A program made the translations under genes and the position numbers. From NCBI RefSeq assembly GCF_036321535.1, contig NC_087437.1:56980001-57044000 (forward strand): a stretch of 64,000 nucleotides of DNA. Direction: 5' to 3'. The first letter of the stretch is position 1. Each line of letters opens with the position of its first letter. The notes beneath the pieces are model-generated. The model worked only from the letters and a program-made list of their open reading frames with translations, was not told the DNA's origin and did not search any database. The DNA is from Camelus dromedarius. Lineage: Eukaryota. This document shows, one piece after another, positions 12,092 to 24,989 of the stretch.

Positions 12092-14044
12092 ACCTCCTCT
12101 GACTTCTAATTTCCATGTAAGAAAGAGTCTGTAAAGTAGGACTCACCGTACATTAGGGCCAGAGAGCTCTGCCAGCACTGACCATCTTCCCACTGTGCGG
12201 AGGAGGGAGCCAGTAAGGGGCAGGACCAATGTGGCACAGCATGCTTGGTTTTCAACCCCACATGTGGTGGCCTCTCGAGGTCTTAGATCAGGTTCTTGAA
12301 ATTCAGCGAGCCTGGGAACATCACTGTGCAATGAAAGTGCATCATCTAGAAAGTGAGGTGGGAAATACGGTGTCTGTGGAGCCCCGTGCAAGTCAGTTCA
12401 ACATTCCGGGCCTCCATTCACTCATCTGTCAGACTCTATGTAGTGAAGTCCCCTTGTGGCTCTAAAATTCAAATTTTTAGTCACGTCAGTGGAATGTAAT
12501 AGGAAAGAACAAAGGACAAATGGGTGAATGAAAAGAAATGGGGCTTCTCCTTTCGTGATATCTGTATGTGTGCTTTGGAAGGTTCTCTCATAGAAATGTG
12601 TAGGCAGTTCCAGGGACAAACCCTTTTGCTAAAGAAGAGAACAAATTATAGGAAAGATAAAAGTCTGCGAGAGTAGGGCAAAGGAGATAGGTGCTGAAAC
12701 CGGGCGTTGTGTTCATGGTGTTGATGGGAAATGACCTGCCCATTAATCTTGTAGGACCACAAGGCATAAAGAAAGCCACAGCCCAGCAAGAAATGGGTTA
12801 TCTTGGTAACTGCCAGATCTTTCCTACTTTGCTCTCTCCCCTCTTCCACTCTGTTTTAATAGAAACATTCAGTACCTTCTGATCTCTAGCAACGAAGAGG
12901 CAGCTTCTGCTGATGGAAGCAGGTCAGGCCTTTGAATCTGACACCAGGACCAGAGGGAGAGCTGCTGGGAGTCTGGGCTGTCAGGAGATGACAGGGGCCT
13001 GTGGCAGGAGGCAGTGCTTTCAGCCAGAGGCAGCCCAGCTAGTGAGATGGGCACCAAGTTAGCAGATGCAGAGGAGTGAGCTGGCAAAAAGAATCACATC
13101 ACATCTGCCAGAGAAAGTGAGCAAAAACCGCAGGATTCAGGCAGCTGGCAAAAGGTGACCCCAGGATACCCGCCTGCCTCAAAAATACAGCTGATCCCGA
13201 AGATGGTGAGAAAGTGAACGAATAAGGCTCGGTCAAGTTAAGTGATCTCTCTGTCTGTCCCTCCCTGCATTTAAAGACTCCATCCTTTCTGTTTTGCCAG
13301 GTGCAGTTTATTAAGACATATTTTGTACAGTGTCTACAATTCTGGATTTTCAGCGTTCCAGTTTTATTTCTCGGAGTGCTCTGTGAAGACTCATCTGAAC
13401 ACTTGCTTTTTCTTTGCCTCCCATCAGTTCAGAGCCAGATGTTGAAATGAAATGAAAATCTGCTTTTTTCCAGATTCAAAGGGTAGATTTCACTAAAAGC
13501 CATGCTCAAGGCAGAAAAGTAGTGTGTCCATTTCCATATGAGAAGGGATATTTTAATCTCCCAGTTCACAGTTTTTTTGCCACATCTTTGTTTACTGTTT
13601 CAGACTGTGGCCTCATAAAGAGAAAGGGTGACTTTCTCATCGAGGTAACACAGTTTTTCATTTTCTTTATAATCACATGGTAACTATTTGGAATTGCATT
13701 CTCAGCAGGAAAACATTCACCATTTTGAGATAAATATGTTTACTGCCATTAAACCCACTGTAGCTAATTCATTCTGAAGCCTTAGATTGTGTTCAATTTT
13801 TATTGAAAACATGCGTTATGTCCTAGAAAACAATTCACTCTTCTGCTGCAGATTTCTACACTGTGGAAACTGAGGTCCCAAACAATTCCAGGATCTGCCC
13901 CATGTTACCCGGCTTGCTGATGGCACCCACGTCTTGGATTTCTTATCCTGACCCCACGCTTGTGCTCTTTTCAACCTGTTGTCCCACCTCCATTTTTAAG
14001 TAAAAATCTATTACCCAGCAATAAGCAATTGATGATTTCTATAT

Positions 14045-14205
14045 TTTTCTTATTCAAAATGTGATCTGGGAACCAGCCTCATAGATACCCCCAGCAGAAT
14101 GTTCAAATGCAGGTTCTTAGACCTCATCCCAAACCCATAGAATCTATCTGCATTTTAACTCAATTCCCAGAAGAGTCAAATGCAAATTGAAATCTGTGAT
14201 GCACT
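14045..14205. mobile_element. MER5-family hAT MITE
   Basis: 'ttcaaatgcaggttcttagacctcatcccaaacccatagaatc...ctgcattttaactcaattcccag'. Confidence 0.6.
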
Positions 14206-14789
14206 AAGTCTCAGGCTGGACTTTGACATTTAATTGATGGGTATATTTTCAGGATAGACTTTCAGGCTTTACAGGATTGGAAAACAATACATTGTGCATA
14301 TGTTTTCATTTCAACTCATAAGGCTGTTGATTATTCCTTAATTTAGCTTGTTACATGGCAAAAGTTTTTAGCATTATAGATAACTCAAGAGATGATTACT
14401 TGAAATCAAGTACAAATCTAGAGCTGATCTCTAAACTATGCTGATTATTGGATAAAGTAAAGCCTTTTGGGCCCTGCCTTAATTTGCTATACAGGGGACT
14501 GTGATGGTATAAAAAGGGTTTTAGAAATCAAATGGGAAGGTGTGATACTGAGCTAGCCTTTCCTCTAAGAAATAAGCAACCCATATGGACTCAACCTTAG
14601 AGCATTCCTTTGCCTGCATAAGTTAAATGCATGGACCTATTCTTGCCCTCTTTCTTGTGTGGATGTGAATTTTCATCCCAGTGATAAGAGAAGGTCTGGC
14701 ATCACAAACTTTAACTGTCTTATTCTTATTGTGGAGTATAGGAGCCGGGGTTACCTTTGCACACTGGATTTTGGTCCAACTCTTATTTT

Positions 14790-15225
14790 CCCTCCTCTCC
14801 ACCCATCCAGTCTCCACCTTGTCCTCTCTCCTCTCACCATTCCAGGAGTTTATTAGAATGCATTCTTCTGCAAATCCATTTTCTGTAATATCAAGAGAAA
14901 TGCCTTTTTGAAAAAACAACAAAGCAGTCTGGGACTCTTTCCTCCTGCTTAAAACCTCCAATGTCTTCTACTTTTATAAAATTAAGTAACAACTTTTTTC
15001 TGTTTATTGAGGTATAGTCAGTTACAATGTGTCGATTTCTGCTGTACAGCATAATGTTTCAGTCATACATATACATATATATATATTCATTTTTATATTA
15101 TTTTTCATTAAGGGTTACTATAAGATATTGAATATAGTGCCCTGTGCTATATAGAAGAAATTTGAAATAACAACTTCTTAATAGACCTATATTTTACTGT
15201 CCACCATGATTTGGCTCCTACCCAA
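14790..15225 (+). mobile_element. L2 fragment interrupted by a younger L1 tail
   Basis: 'ctctttcctcctgcttaaaacctccaatgtcttc...catgatttggctcctaccc' resembles the L2 3' region. Confidence 0.55.
14996..15167 (-). mobile_element. 5'-truncated lineage-specific L1 3' end
   Basis: 'tttattgaggtatagtcagttacaatgtgtcgatttctgctgtacagc...gatattgaatatagtgccctgtgctatata'. TSD core taacaactt at 14987-14995 and 15168-15176. Confidence 0.85.
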
Positions 15226-15229
15226 TTCA

Positions 15230-15503
15230 CTAATGCAATGTGTGATCCTTGATTGGGTCCCAGATAAGAAAAAGAAAATTTCTACACTGTGAAAGACATA
15301 AATGTGACAATTGGAGAAATTTGAATCAAGTCTATATATCAGAAGTATCATGTCAATGTCAATTTCCTGCTTTTAACAATTGTACAAAAGTGTTTATGTA
15401 AGATAATGTCCTTTGTTATAGAAAGTTACACTCTAGTGTTTGGAGGTGAAAGGGCATCATCCTGTCTGCAGCTTATTCTTAAATGGTTCAGGAAAAAAAA
15501 TGT

Positions 15504-15555
<52 letters not shown>

Positions 15556-16030
15556 TAGAGTGAGAAACACAGAGACAAACACATGCAGTAAAATAATATT
15601 TAGGGAATTTGGGTGAAAGAATTTCAGGATTACTTTGTACAGTACTATTACTGCAACTATTCTGTGAGTCTAAAATTTCAATAAAAAAATGAAAAAAAAA
15701 ATTGGACAGCTGGTCATGTAGCTCATCCTGCTGCCATTACATTTACATGATAAAATCTTAATCCATAAAATATCTTTGTGATCTATATTTGAATGAAATG
15801 AAGGCTTATAAAACAACAAACTATGATTCAAGTTACATAAGCTATGTGTGCATGTATATTTTAGAACAGAAAATAGACTGAAACAATATATAAAAAGCTT
15901 TTAAATGTTAAGAAGAGTCATTACTTAGCAGTGGGATTTATGGGTAATTTTAATATATTTTTCCTTTTGCTTGTCTATTTTTTCTTAATTTATTCAAATG
16001 ACTGTATTATTTGTTCAAATGAGAAAACAA
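15230..16030 (+). mobile_element. Old L1 (L1MC/L1ME) 3' UTR fragments
   Basis: 'aatgcaatgtgtgatccttgattgggtcccag...gacaattggagaaatttgaat...tactattactgcaactattctgtgagtctaaaattt'. Confidence 0.7.
15507..15550. repeat. (AC)22 microsatellite
   Basis: Perfect dinucleotide run, seen directly. Confidence 0.95.
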
Positions 16031-16659
16031 CAGAATTACTATACTTGCAAATTCTTCATTAGATTTTATTCCATATTGTTTAGAAATTAAAATTACAAGT
16101 AGCTTTATTTTGCATCTTAATTTGCAAAAGGTTGGTCCCTATTTTAACCTTGTTGAAATCAGCAATTCAGTGGTTTCCTTTGTATTTGTTTTTTCCTACT
16201 TGTTGAAATGAAAAAAATTGAAAAAAACCTCTTGTTCTTTCTCAAACTTTAACTAACAGTTCTCAACTATTTTAACACTTGAATTTTAACTGAAGCCAAT
16301 AAAAATGGACAAACTGAGGCTTTTGGGTAAATATACATACAGTTGTCTTCAACCCATTTGGCGAAGGTGTTAAAAAGTGCCAAGTCATGCACAGAGAAAA
16401 CCTGAATAAACAAGTTACCTGGACACTGTCTCTACTGAAGGGATAACAGGAGTTACATTTTTATTTCATGAATAGTCAATCCCCAGATAATTGAGTTTGG
16501 CCACCGAGGGACAGACATTGCTGGCAATCTGGAACTTTCATCTGAAAACAATGAAAGACAGGGACTTGAAAAAGGCAAGGTGAATTTTTCCTTAGGTTTT
16601 ACCTCCTTCTCATCCATCGTCAGCCTTGGGAGAAAGACTCTACTTTTTAAAAGTTAACA

Positions 16660-17340
16660 ATATTTCTTTTCTTATGTTTTCTAGTTAAAAGCCATAAATA
16701 CTGCAGATAAATTAGAACATGCACGAAAGAAAGCAGGAGGGGAAAACATCTTGCAATTCCAGAGCAAAAGATGAGGCCATCCACATTTCTCCTCAAGCCA
16801 AATACACATGCAAACACACATCTATTTCACTAACATGGGATCATATTATTTTGTAACACATCCTTTACAGTTAGTATACTGTGACTATCCTTCCATGTAA
16901 ATGTTCCATTGTATAGTATCATAAGCAATTGAAACTAGCTCACATGTATTTGATATTTACATCATTTCAAGTTTTTTTTTTTCCTCTCTCTTTCCTAAAG
17001 GGGACAACATTTTGGTGACTAGCTCTGTAGCTAAATATCTGTGTACCTTTTTAAATGATTTCTTAGGACTAACTCCTGGAAATATAATTACTATGCATTT
17101 TTAAAAGAATTTGACACCCATTTCTTCCTTCAGAGTGGGCAATGTTGTGTACTCCCACTTTGAGAAACACCTTTATCGTGCATAACCCTGGACATTATTT
17201 TTAATCCTTGTAAATTTGAGAGTAAAAAGTACTATGCAGTCTAAATTATATTTCCTCGATTACTAGAGAGTGTAACCTTTTTTCCCTATGCTTATTGGCT
17301 ATTATATGTATTGTGTAAATTATCTTTCATTTTCTAACTA
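16660..17340 (-). mobile_element. Very old L1ME fragment
   Basis: 'atgggatcatattattttgtaac', 'ttaggactaactcctggaaatataattact' and 'tttccctatgcttattggctatt' resemble antisense L1ME. Confidence 0.55.
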
Positions 17341-17760
17341 ATAGTAAAATACAAAAATATGGGAATGCCAGAAATGAATGAGCTCTTTTTCTCTTTTTCT
17401 TTTTCTCTCTTTTTTCTTTCTTAACCAGGGAGCCCATTCTCAACCCTGCGCAGGTTGGAGCAGAGCTGTGGGGTCAGGAGCACAAGAGTCAGCTACAGAC
17501 TGTTGAGCAGGGGAGTGGAAATTTACAGAAAGAATGGAAGAGAGAGAGACAGACAAGAGGGCTGTTATTTGTCATGAACAGGGAAAATTACAAGAAAACC
17601 TCATAACTGCTTTTCACTCTCCTCTTACTAACTCTTTTGAGAAGTTCTTAAAATTTGGAGCATGTTCCCAGATTTAATTTAGTCTGATATGTAGGAAATA
17701 ATCAGGTAAACCAGAATTATAACTGAATTACTGACTTCTGTAACGCTGGAACATTTAGTT

Positions 17761-17908
17761 CCGTGCTCCTCAAACTCAAATACGCAAACCAGACCTGAGG
17801 GTCTGGTTAAAAGTGCAGGTCTGAGGTGGGGGCTTAGGGTCTGCCTTTCTAATAATCTCCCGAGGGATGCCCATGCTGCTGCCCCAGGGAGCACACAAAG
17901 GAGCAAAG
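17761..17908. mobile_element. MER5A-like MITE
   Basis: 'gtgctcctcaaact...caggtctgaggtggggcttagggtctgcctttctaataatctcccgagggatgcccatgctgctg'. Confidence 0.7.
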
Positions 17909-17989
17909 ACCTGGTTCAACACCCTCATTTCAGAGACAAATTCCTTGAGACTTAGAGATGGCAGGGCTTCTATTATGTTTACCTGCATG

Positions 17990-19160
17990 GCCGACTAGAT
18001 GAGCAGAAACTTCCCCCTACAACACAGAGACACACACAGCTACCTGGGAGACTGGACGAAAGGGAACTGACGTTCTGCTGAAAGCACACAACTGAGGTTG
18101 AAGTTAGACACCTCCAGGAGCACTAAGGAGAGAACTGGAAACTCGAAGGTAAGTACCTGAGCCGCCAGGGGGACACACTGAGAACTGCTCGGCTAATTTT
18201 CTAAATGAGTTCCAGGGACGGAACGTGACCTGCCCAAAATTACATTTGTGCAAAGCCAGTGTAAGCACTTCATCATTATCCAACAGAAACTGAAGAAGAG
18301 TTTTTAGTGTTATTTTTTAATTTTAAAAAATGTTTTATATAATTTTTAAGGTTACACTCTATTTACAGTTATTCCAAAATACTGGCTATGTTCCCCGTGC
18401 TGTACAAGACATACCCTGCAGCTTATCTTACATCCAATACAAACTCAAGAAGAGTTTGACAAATAATAATGGAGGAAGACCTGCATACCAGATTTAAAGC
18501 TTACTCTAATGCTACTGTGATTTAACAACCAAAAACAACAGGAATAGATATCAGGAAAGTATACCAGTAGATCAGCACAGACGATGAAAACAGAATTAAA
18601 TATAAAGGTAAATATATATTTTCTTAGTATCTGAATAGTCTGCATTTCCATTCAGGAGAAAAGAATAAAAGGACAGATCATTTAATAAATAGCAATGGGA
18701 CAGCTGACCTTCCTTTGAATGTAATGAAGATTGGTATGCAGTTTACAGTGGTAGGTGGTACACTGCAGTCTAAATGCAAAAAAAGATCAAATAAATTATG
18801 TAACAAATTTAAAATACAACTGTGAGAAGAAAATAAAGGGTACTCTTTGTATAAATCTTAGGAATCCAGAAGCCCCAAATAACAACAAAAGGACAAAATT
18901 AACCACATACAAATAAAAACTTCTGCACAGCCAAAGGCACACAAAACAAAGTCACAAAACAAACAATAATTTGGGAGAACAAATTAACACTTATTGATAA
19001 AGGGTTACTATACCTAGGATAAAAAAATCCCAACAAATTAATTAGAAAAACACAAACAACCTGCAAAAAAGATTTTAAAAAATATAAGCAGATGGTCTGG
19101 AGAAGAAATGCAGACGGGAACCTAACAGTAATCGGAGAGATGCAAATTAAGACTGAAAGG
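17990..19160 (+). mobile_element. Degraded old L1 fragments (ORF2 3' part), containing a short antisense younger L1 tail at about 18320-18440
   Basis: 'accagatttaaagcttactctaatgctactgtgattta', 'aaaacttctgcacagccaaaggcac' and 'gatgcaaattaagac'. The inserted tail reads 'ggttacactctatttacagttattccaaaatactggctatgttccccgtgctgtacaa'. Confidence 0.6.
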
Positions 19161-19662
19161 CCTGCTCTGCCTGACCAGGGGTGTTCATCTTAGGTCTGAG
19201 TTGATAAACTCATGAGAAAAAGAATATGCTTTACTCAGCACCAAGTTTACTTCACTTAATGACAGGATTCATGAAAGGCAACAACAGATCACGCATGACA
19301 CAAGCAGAGTGGGGTCTTCTGACTACTAGACACAGCTTGTAATATCCTTGAATCACTACACACTCGGGACATGTGGTCACAGGGACAAAGCTGAGCTCCT
19401 GGAAGCCATCAGCCCAGGTCTGAATACCTTGTTCATTGTACCACTGTCTGGTATAGCAGCAGCTCACAGGTATCATTTACTTCTTTCTTGAAAAAGCACC
19501 TGAATGATAAAGTGCAGGTGCTTGGCCCAGTACCTAGACCTTAGGCTGTTTGACATTTATCTTGAATGTGCTACATGCATAATTCTATTTGTTAGTGTCA
19601 CAATAAGGATTTAACCAACAGTCAAATATAGATGTGCCTGTATATATTTTACATATCTATGC

Positions 19663-19663
<1 letters not shown>

Positions 19664-19727
<64 letters not shown>
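19664..19727. repeat. Compound microsatellite (TA)16(CA)16
   Basis: Seen directly. Confidence 0.95.
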
Positions 19728-19729
<2 letters not shown>

Positions 19730-21547
19730 AAAGAGTATGAACAAATACATGCCAAGTCGTTGCAGAAGAAGTGGAAGAAAGGAAGAAACAATTTTATTCT
19801 ATAAATAACTGTATTTTCTTTTAAATTACTATAGCAAACATGTATTACTTACGAGTTTTATTAAAAGTAGTTGGCTTCCGGGACCTTTGTTAAGGAAGTA
19901 ACAGTGTCAGCTAATGCTAAACTTGACCCCAGAGTAACCACCTGTGAAATGGACTCCAGAATGGCTCACCAGAGTCCCTGGTTCTTAGAGGTCGCTACTA
20001 TCAGGGAGTTTCTGTGCCTTGCAGAGGTGTTTCTTCTATGGGTGTCCCACTTCAGGGAGAAGGAGGGTTTTTATTAATTATTGGACTTCCTTGGCAGCTG
20101 GGCCCCTAAACATTTGGATTAGCGTGGTTTTTGTTGATGTTGTTGCTGTTTTGTTTTGTTTTTGGTAGTAAAAACCGCTAAAATTTGGCTCCTGCACCTG
20201 AGATATTCAGTCATATAGTGTCTCTTCACATAAAGTCAACACTCCCCAAGAATCTGGTCAAGTTCACCTAGGAGGCTCCTCTAGTCCAGAGATATTAACT
20301 GTCCAGGCCGACTGGGAGTTTCCAGGGGTCTCAGAATTGAGGTTCTCTGGATGCAGTCATAATGCAATCTCTAATGGTAGATTTCAGCCCAGTTCCTGAG
20401 GGCATCAACCTCACCACGGTTGATCTGTGGCTCCTTGTGTGACTATGAGACCTGCATGGTCAGCACTGATGGAATTTCAACAGGCTTCATCTAGAACTTC
20501 GATAGGAATGCTGACTAATGACTGCTGGCTTTTGATCTAAGCCGAGAGGTCAAGTGACAACTCTGGCTTGCTCTAGAAGATGTGAAGGAGTCTTTGAGAT
20601 CTTCATCTTGGATTCTAATACTCCCAGTGGCCTTTAGGGCCACGTTCTCCTTGGGTGGGGGAGTGGGGTTTGCCTCATGACAGCATCAGGAAAAAGATTC
20701 CTGGGGGTTCCCAGGACACAGTCAGCTCAACTTTGTGTGATCAGGGAGACCAGCTGGCATTGTGTGCATAAGGTTTCAGAAAGTTAGATTTCTAAAGCTC
20801 GACACTGGCTAGATTAGATCTGTTCTGGAAGCAATTGGGAAGACCCCGGTGAGGTTCTGAGGCCCTGCAGACCCAGTGGGAAGAGAATGAGAAAATCCCC
20901 CGACTCCAGGGGTGAGATTTGTCCTAGAATGTCTGTCGTTCCATTACTCCCCCTGGCTCCCACTAAAGAACATCTTTTGCTCTAGGCATAGCTGTCTCTC
21001 TATGGCAAATTTTCACAGGTTTTGGCCTATTTAAAAAGACAGCCCTAATACTTAGAAGATCCATGGGTATTTAGGTAAATTATTTATGGTCAGAAATCTT
21101 GTACATCCACTCTTCAAAAGAGTGATGCAATATGGATGAGGCCTGAGTTCTGCATCAATGCATAAACCCTTCTCAGCATTCTTTCAGAATGGTCTTCTCT
21201 GTGTGGAGTCTTTCGGCAACCTCTGTGGTTTTTAAACTTTTATGGCCTAAGCATTGCTCAAAGTGAAGCAGGTGTCTACAGGATTTTATTTCAGTAGTAG
21301 CTTCCTTGTGGAATAGTTATTTGATTCTCTTTCTCTTCTTCACTAGGGTCTTTCTGGGCTGAGTTTTCAGCATGAGAACACTGGCTGTCCTGATTATTTC
21401 AAATTCTAATACAGCAAGGAGATTTTTTTTCCATTTTGCCAGAAAATAAATCTAGGCTATGAAAAATCGAATCATTTACTCTAGATTACACAGTAGACAC
21501 TTCTACAAATTCAAATTTGACCTTAAATTTAATTATTTCATGAGCTC

Positions 21548-21720
21548 TAAGGTTCTGAAACTTTTGTATGCACCAGAATTCCCTGGAGGCACTTGTAAAA
21601 GGCAGATTTCTGGGTGCCACCCCCAGAGTTTATGGTTCAGTGGAGCCCAAGGATTTTGCTCTTCTAACTAATTCCCCAGTGATTTGGGGCTGCTGATCCA
21701 GGGATCACAGAGAACCACTG
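21548..21720. mobile_element. MER5A-like MITE
   Basis: 'ggttctgaaacttttgtatgcaccagaattccctggaggcacttgtaaaaggcagatttctgggtgccacccccagagttt...gagaaccactg'. Confidence 0.8.
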
Positions 21721-22776
21721 CTCCTGACTATGCTAAGGTTTTGGGAACTCTCCTTTGCTACAATTATTCATTAGAAGTTTCTGTGCTTTTTAGCTTACAG
21801 AGCACCTTCAACATCTTTTATGTTGTTATACACACGTGAGTCATTCAAGGACAGTTCTAGGTTGTGTTAGACCAAACGTTTTGTTCTTTGGACTTTCCTT
21901 TTTGAAAGAAAGACTTTGGCTCCAAAGGAATGTTATTTCACTCAATAATTTGTTTTCATTTCCCTCTGAATACAGCATAAATCTTGCTTGGGTCTGGCTG
22001 AAATAATTTATCCCCTGATATCCCTGGAACAGTTCTGAAATAAAACCTTTATTTTTTTCCTTTGGAAAAAAAAATGAAATTCAAACCCCGAGTATGTCCT
22101 CTCTGTTTGAGAATACTGAGGGCCACGTTCTCCAGCTTTCTCATGATTCTGACTCAGCCTGGGCTCCCTACTCAGTACCTGTGTGATGAGGCCCAAGGCC
22201 CCACTTTCAGGAGTGTTCATGTCTTTCATTTGTCAAGTTAGAGTGACGCTTCTATGTGGATCATGTTAGTTAAGAGATATGAAAGAGTTTATACATTCTT
22301 CTAAAATATGAAATGGCATGATTATATTTTTAAAAGACTGAAATGAGCAGGGGCAAAACTACCGTGCTGCAATAGTCTGTCTCCAGGAACATCAATATAA
22401 TGAACTAATTGTTCTGTCCGAATATTCACAGGTGAGGAGGAAAACCTAGCTTGCTCTTAACACCTGTGGGCTACACATGCCTCTCTATTTCAGGGCTCTT
22501 GAAGGTCCTTGGTTACTTTTATTAGGTTCCATGTTACTTCTACAGGCACCACTCAGTGGGGTTTCAATATAGTTGTGTTTACTGAAATCCTTAGAACAAT
22601 TCTGTCATGATTTACATATCAAAGGCTTAAGTTGGCTGTAGCCATAAAATTATGGCTCAAAAATACATTAGCAGGTGACCTATCAGTGCCATTTATTGCC
22701 TTCATTCTAATAGACATTTAAGTGTCATGCTGATTTCTGGAACTCAAACATTTAACATTTAAAATACCATTACCTT

Positions 22777-24249
22777 GAGGGGATTGCCAAGGTGGCAGAG
22801 TAGAAGGACGCATAGCGCATCCTTTCCCATGAATGCACCAAAAATCACACCTACTGACTGAACAATTCACACAGAATACCCACTGAACTTCGGCAGAATA
22901 TCTCTTACTATGGAAATACAAGAAGATTCCTCACAAAAATAGGAGAGAAAAAAGAAAAAGAAAAAGGAAATCGGTGCAGGATCTGTCCCCCGGGGAGGGA
23001 GCAGCAAAGGAGGAAAAGTGCCCTCACTCTGGGGTGCCCCTTCTCCAGTGGGGAGGTCAGCAGGGACAGAATGGGAGCTTCAGAGGCTCAGAGGGGGAAG
23101 CAGCAGTCGCTTGGCAGACAGAACTGAGAGAAACCAGAACCAAGGGTCCCTGTGATCTCTAGCTCAAGATGTGAGCTGCATGTAAATCAATGGAGTTAGA
23201 GCACCCCCTCACACCATACACAAAAATAAACTCAAAATGGCTTAAAGACATGAATATAAGACAAGACACTATAAACCTCCTAGAAGAAAACATGGGTAAA
23301 ACATAATCTGATATAAATCTTAGCAATATTCTCCTAGGGCAGTCTACCCAAGCAATAGAAGTAAAAGCAAAAAGAAACAAATGGGACCTAATTAAACTTA
23401 CAAGCTTTTGCACAGCAAAGGAAACCATAAGCAAAACAAAACAACAACCTAAGGAACGGGAGAAAATATTTGCAAATGATGTGACTGACAAGGGCTTAAT
23501 TTCCAGAATATATAAACAACTCATACAACTTATTAACAAAAACACAAACAATCCAATCCAAAAATGGGCAGAAGACCTAAACAAGCAGTTCTCCAATGAA
23601 GACATACAAATGGCCAACAGGCACATGGGAAAATGCTCAGTATTGCTAATTATCAGAGAAATGCAAATCAAAACCACATGAAGTATCACCTGACACCAGT
23701 CAGAATGGCCATCATTCAAAAGTCCACAAATGATAAATGCTGGAGAGGGTGTGGATAAAAGGGAACCCTCCTACACTGCTGGTGAGAATGTAGTTTGGTG
23801 CAACCATTATGGAAAACAGTATGGAGATTCCTCAAAAACTAAAAATAGACTTACTATATGACCCAGCAGTCCCACTCTTGGGCATATATCTGGAGGGAAC
23901 TCTATTTCCAAAAGATACATACACCCCAATGTTCATAGCAGCACTATTTACGATAGCCAAGACATCAAAGCAACCTAAATGTCCATCAACAGATGACTGG
24001 ATAAAGAAAAGGTGGTATATTTATACAATGGAATACTACTCAGCCATAAGAAAGAATAAAATAATGTCATCTGCAGCAACATGGATGGACCTGGAGATGA
24101 AAAATAATAGGAAAACAAATATATGTATGTGTATGTATGACTGAAACAGTATGCTGTTTGCAGAAACCAGAAACCAGAAACCAGAAATTGGCACATTGCA
24201 AACTGACTATACTTGAATAATAAAAAAAAAGAACATAAAAAAATAAAAT
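22777..24249 (+). mobile_element. Lineage-specific L1, internally deleted (5' UTR start fused to ORF2 3' end and 3' UTR tail)
   Basis: Perfect 16-bp TSD aaaataccattacctt at 22761-22776 and 24250-24265. 5' end reads 'gaggggattgccaaggtggcagagtagaaggacg'. ORF2 C-terminus (ORF 23809-24144 'YDPAVPLLGIY...PMFIAALFTIAK...WYIYTMEYYSAI'). A-rich tail. Confidence 0.95.
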
Positions 24250-24989
24250 AAAATACCATTACCTTTATCCCCAAGGTTACGTTAAAATGATGGTATTCAG
24301 TTTTCATTTAATTCTTCCCTGAATGAGAATGTGATAATTGAAAGACAACATGTCTCGGGTGCCTTTCCAGAGGAATCAGACATTAGTTGTTAATGGAGAA
24401 AAACCCTGAACTCAGAAACTCATTGTATATTCTGTACCTCTTTGCAGAAAATACCTAAATTACTCATAAAGCTTTTATGAACAAAGCCACTTTGAAGCTG
24501 AAAAGCATGAAATAATGTTGAAACTCTTGAAGTGAAGAAAAATTGTCCCTCAACCCCTCCCCCCACTTTTGGCCCACTTTCTACTAGAAAGCTCTCTTAC
24601 AAAATGGCTCTCCTTTTACTTCTCTTTCCTGAGTGATTGATGTGTAGAGAATTTTGGTTTGCTCTGAGTAACTTCAGAGAATATATCTTTTGCTCAATGG
24701 ATTTGGCACATGTTTGTTACTATACTATTTTCTGGCTCCAAAGGGCAGGACACTGTCGCCAGCTTTTCCTACCCCCAACCCTCACCCCTGGCTTCTCATC
24801 ATACCCATCTATGGTCATTGTAGGAGATGGTCAAGCATTTACAGACTGGCATTCAACTGAAAATTAAGAGCATCAACTGGAACCTTAATGGGAAAATGAA
24901 ACCCCATTAGTCATTGAAAATGAACTAGATTTGATTTGGGATGTCATTACACAGTAGTTGAGCTAAAAGAGCAAAAAGGAAACACTGGT

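Noticed and set aside
16487..16579. Plus-strand open frame IIEFGHRGTDIAGNLELSSENNERQGLEKGK followed by GTGAAT
   Set aside because: Weak acceptor, no recognisable protein and no partner exons. The minus-strand splice signals are stronger.
23159..23719. 186-aa hydrophobic minus-strand ORF, the longest in the window
   Set aside because: It is the antisense frame of L1 ORF2, a well-known artefact.
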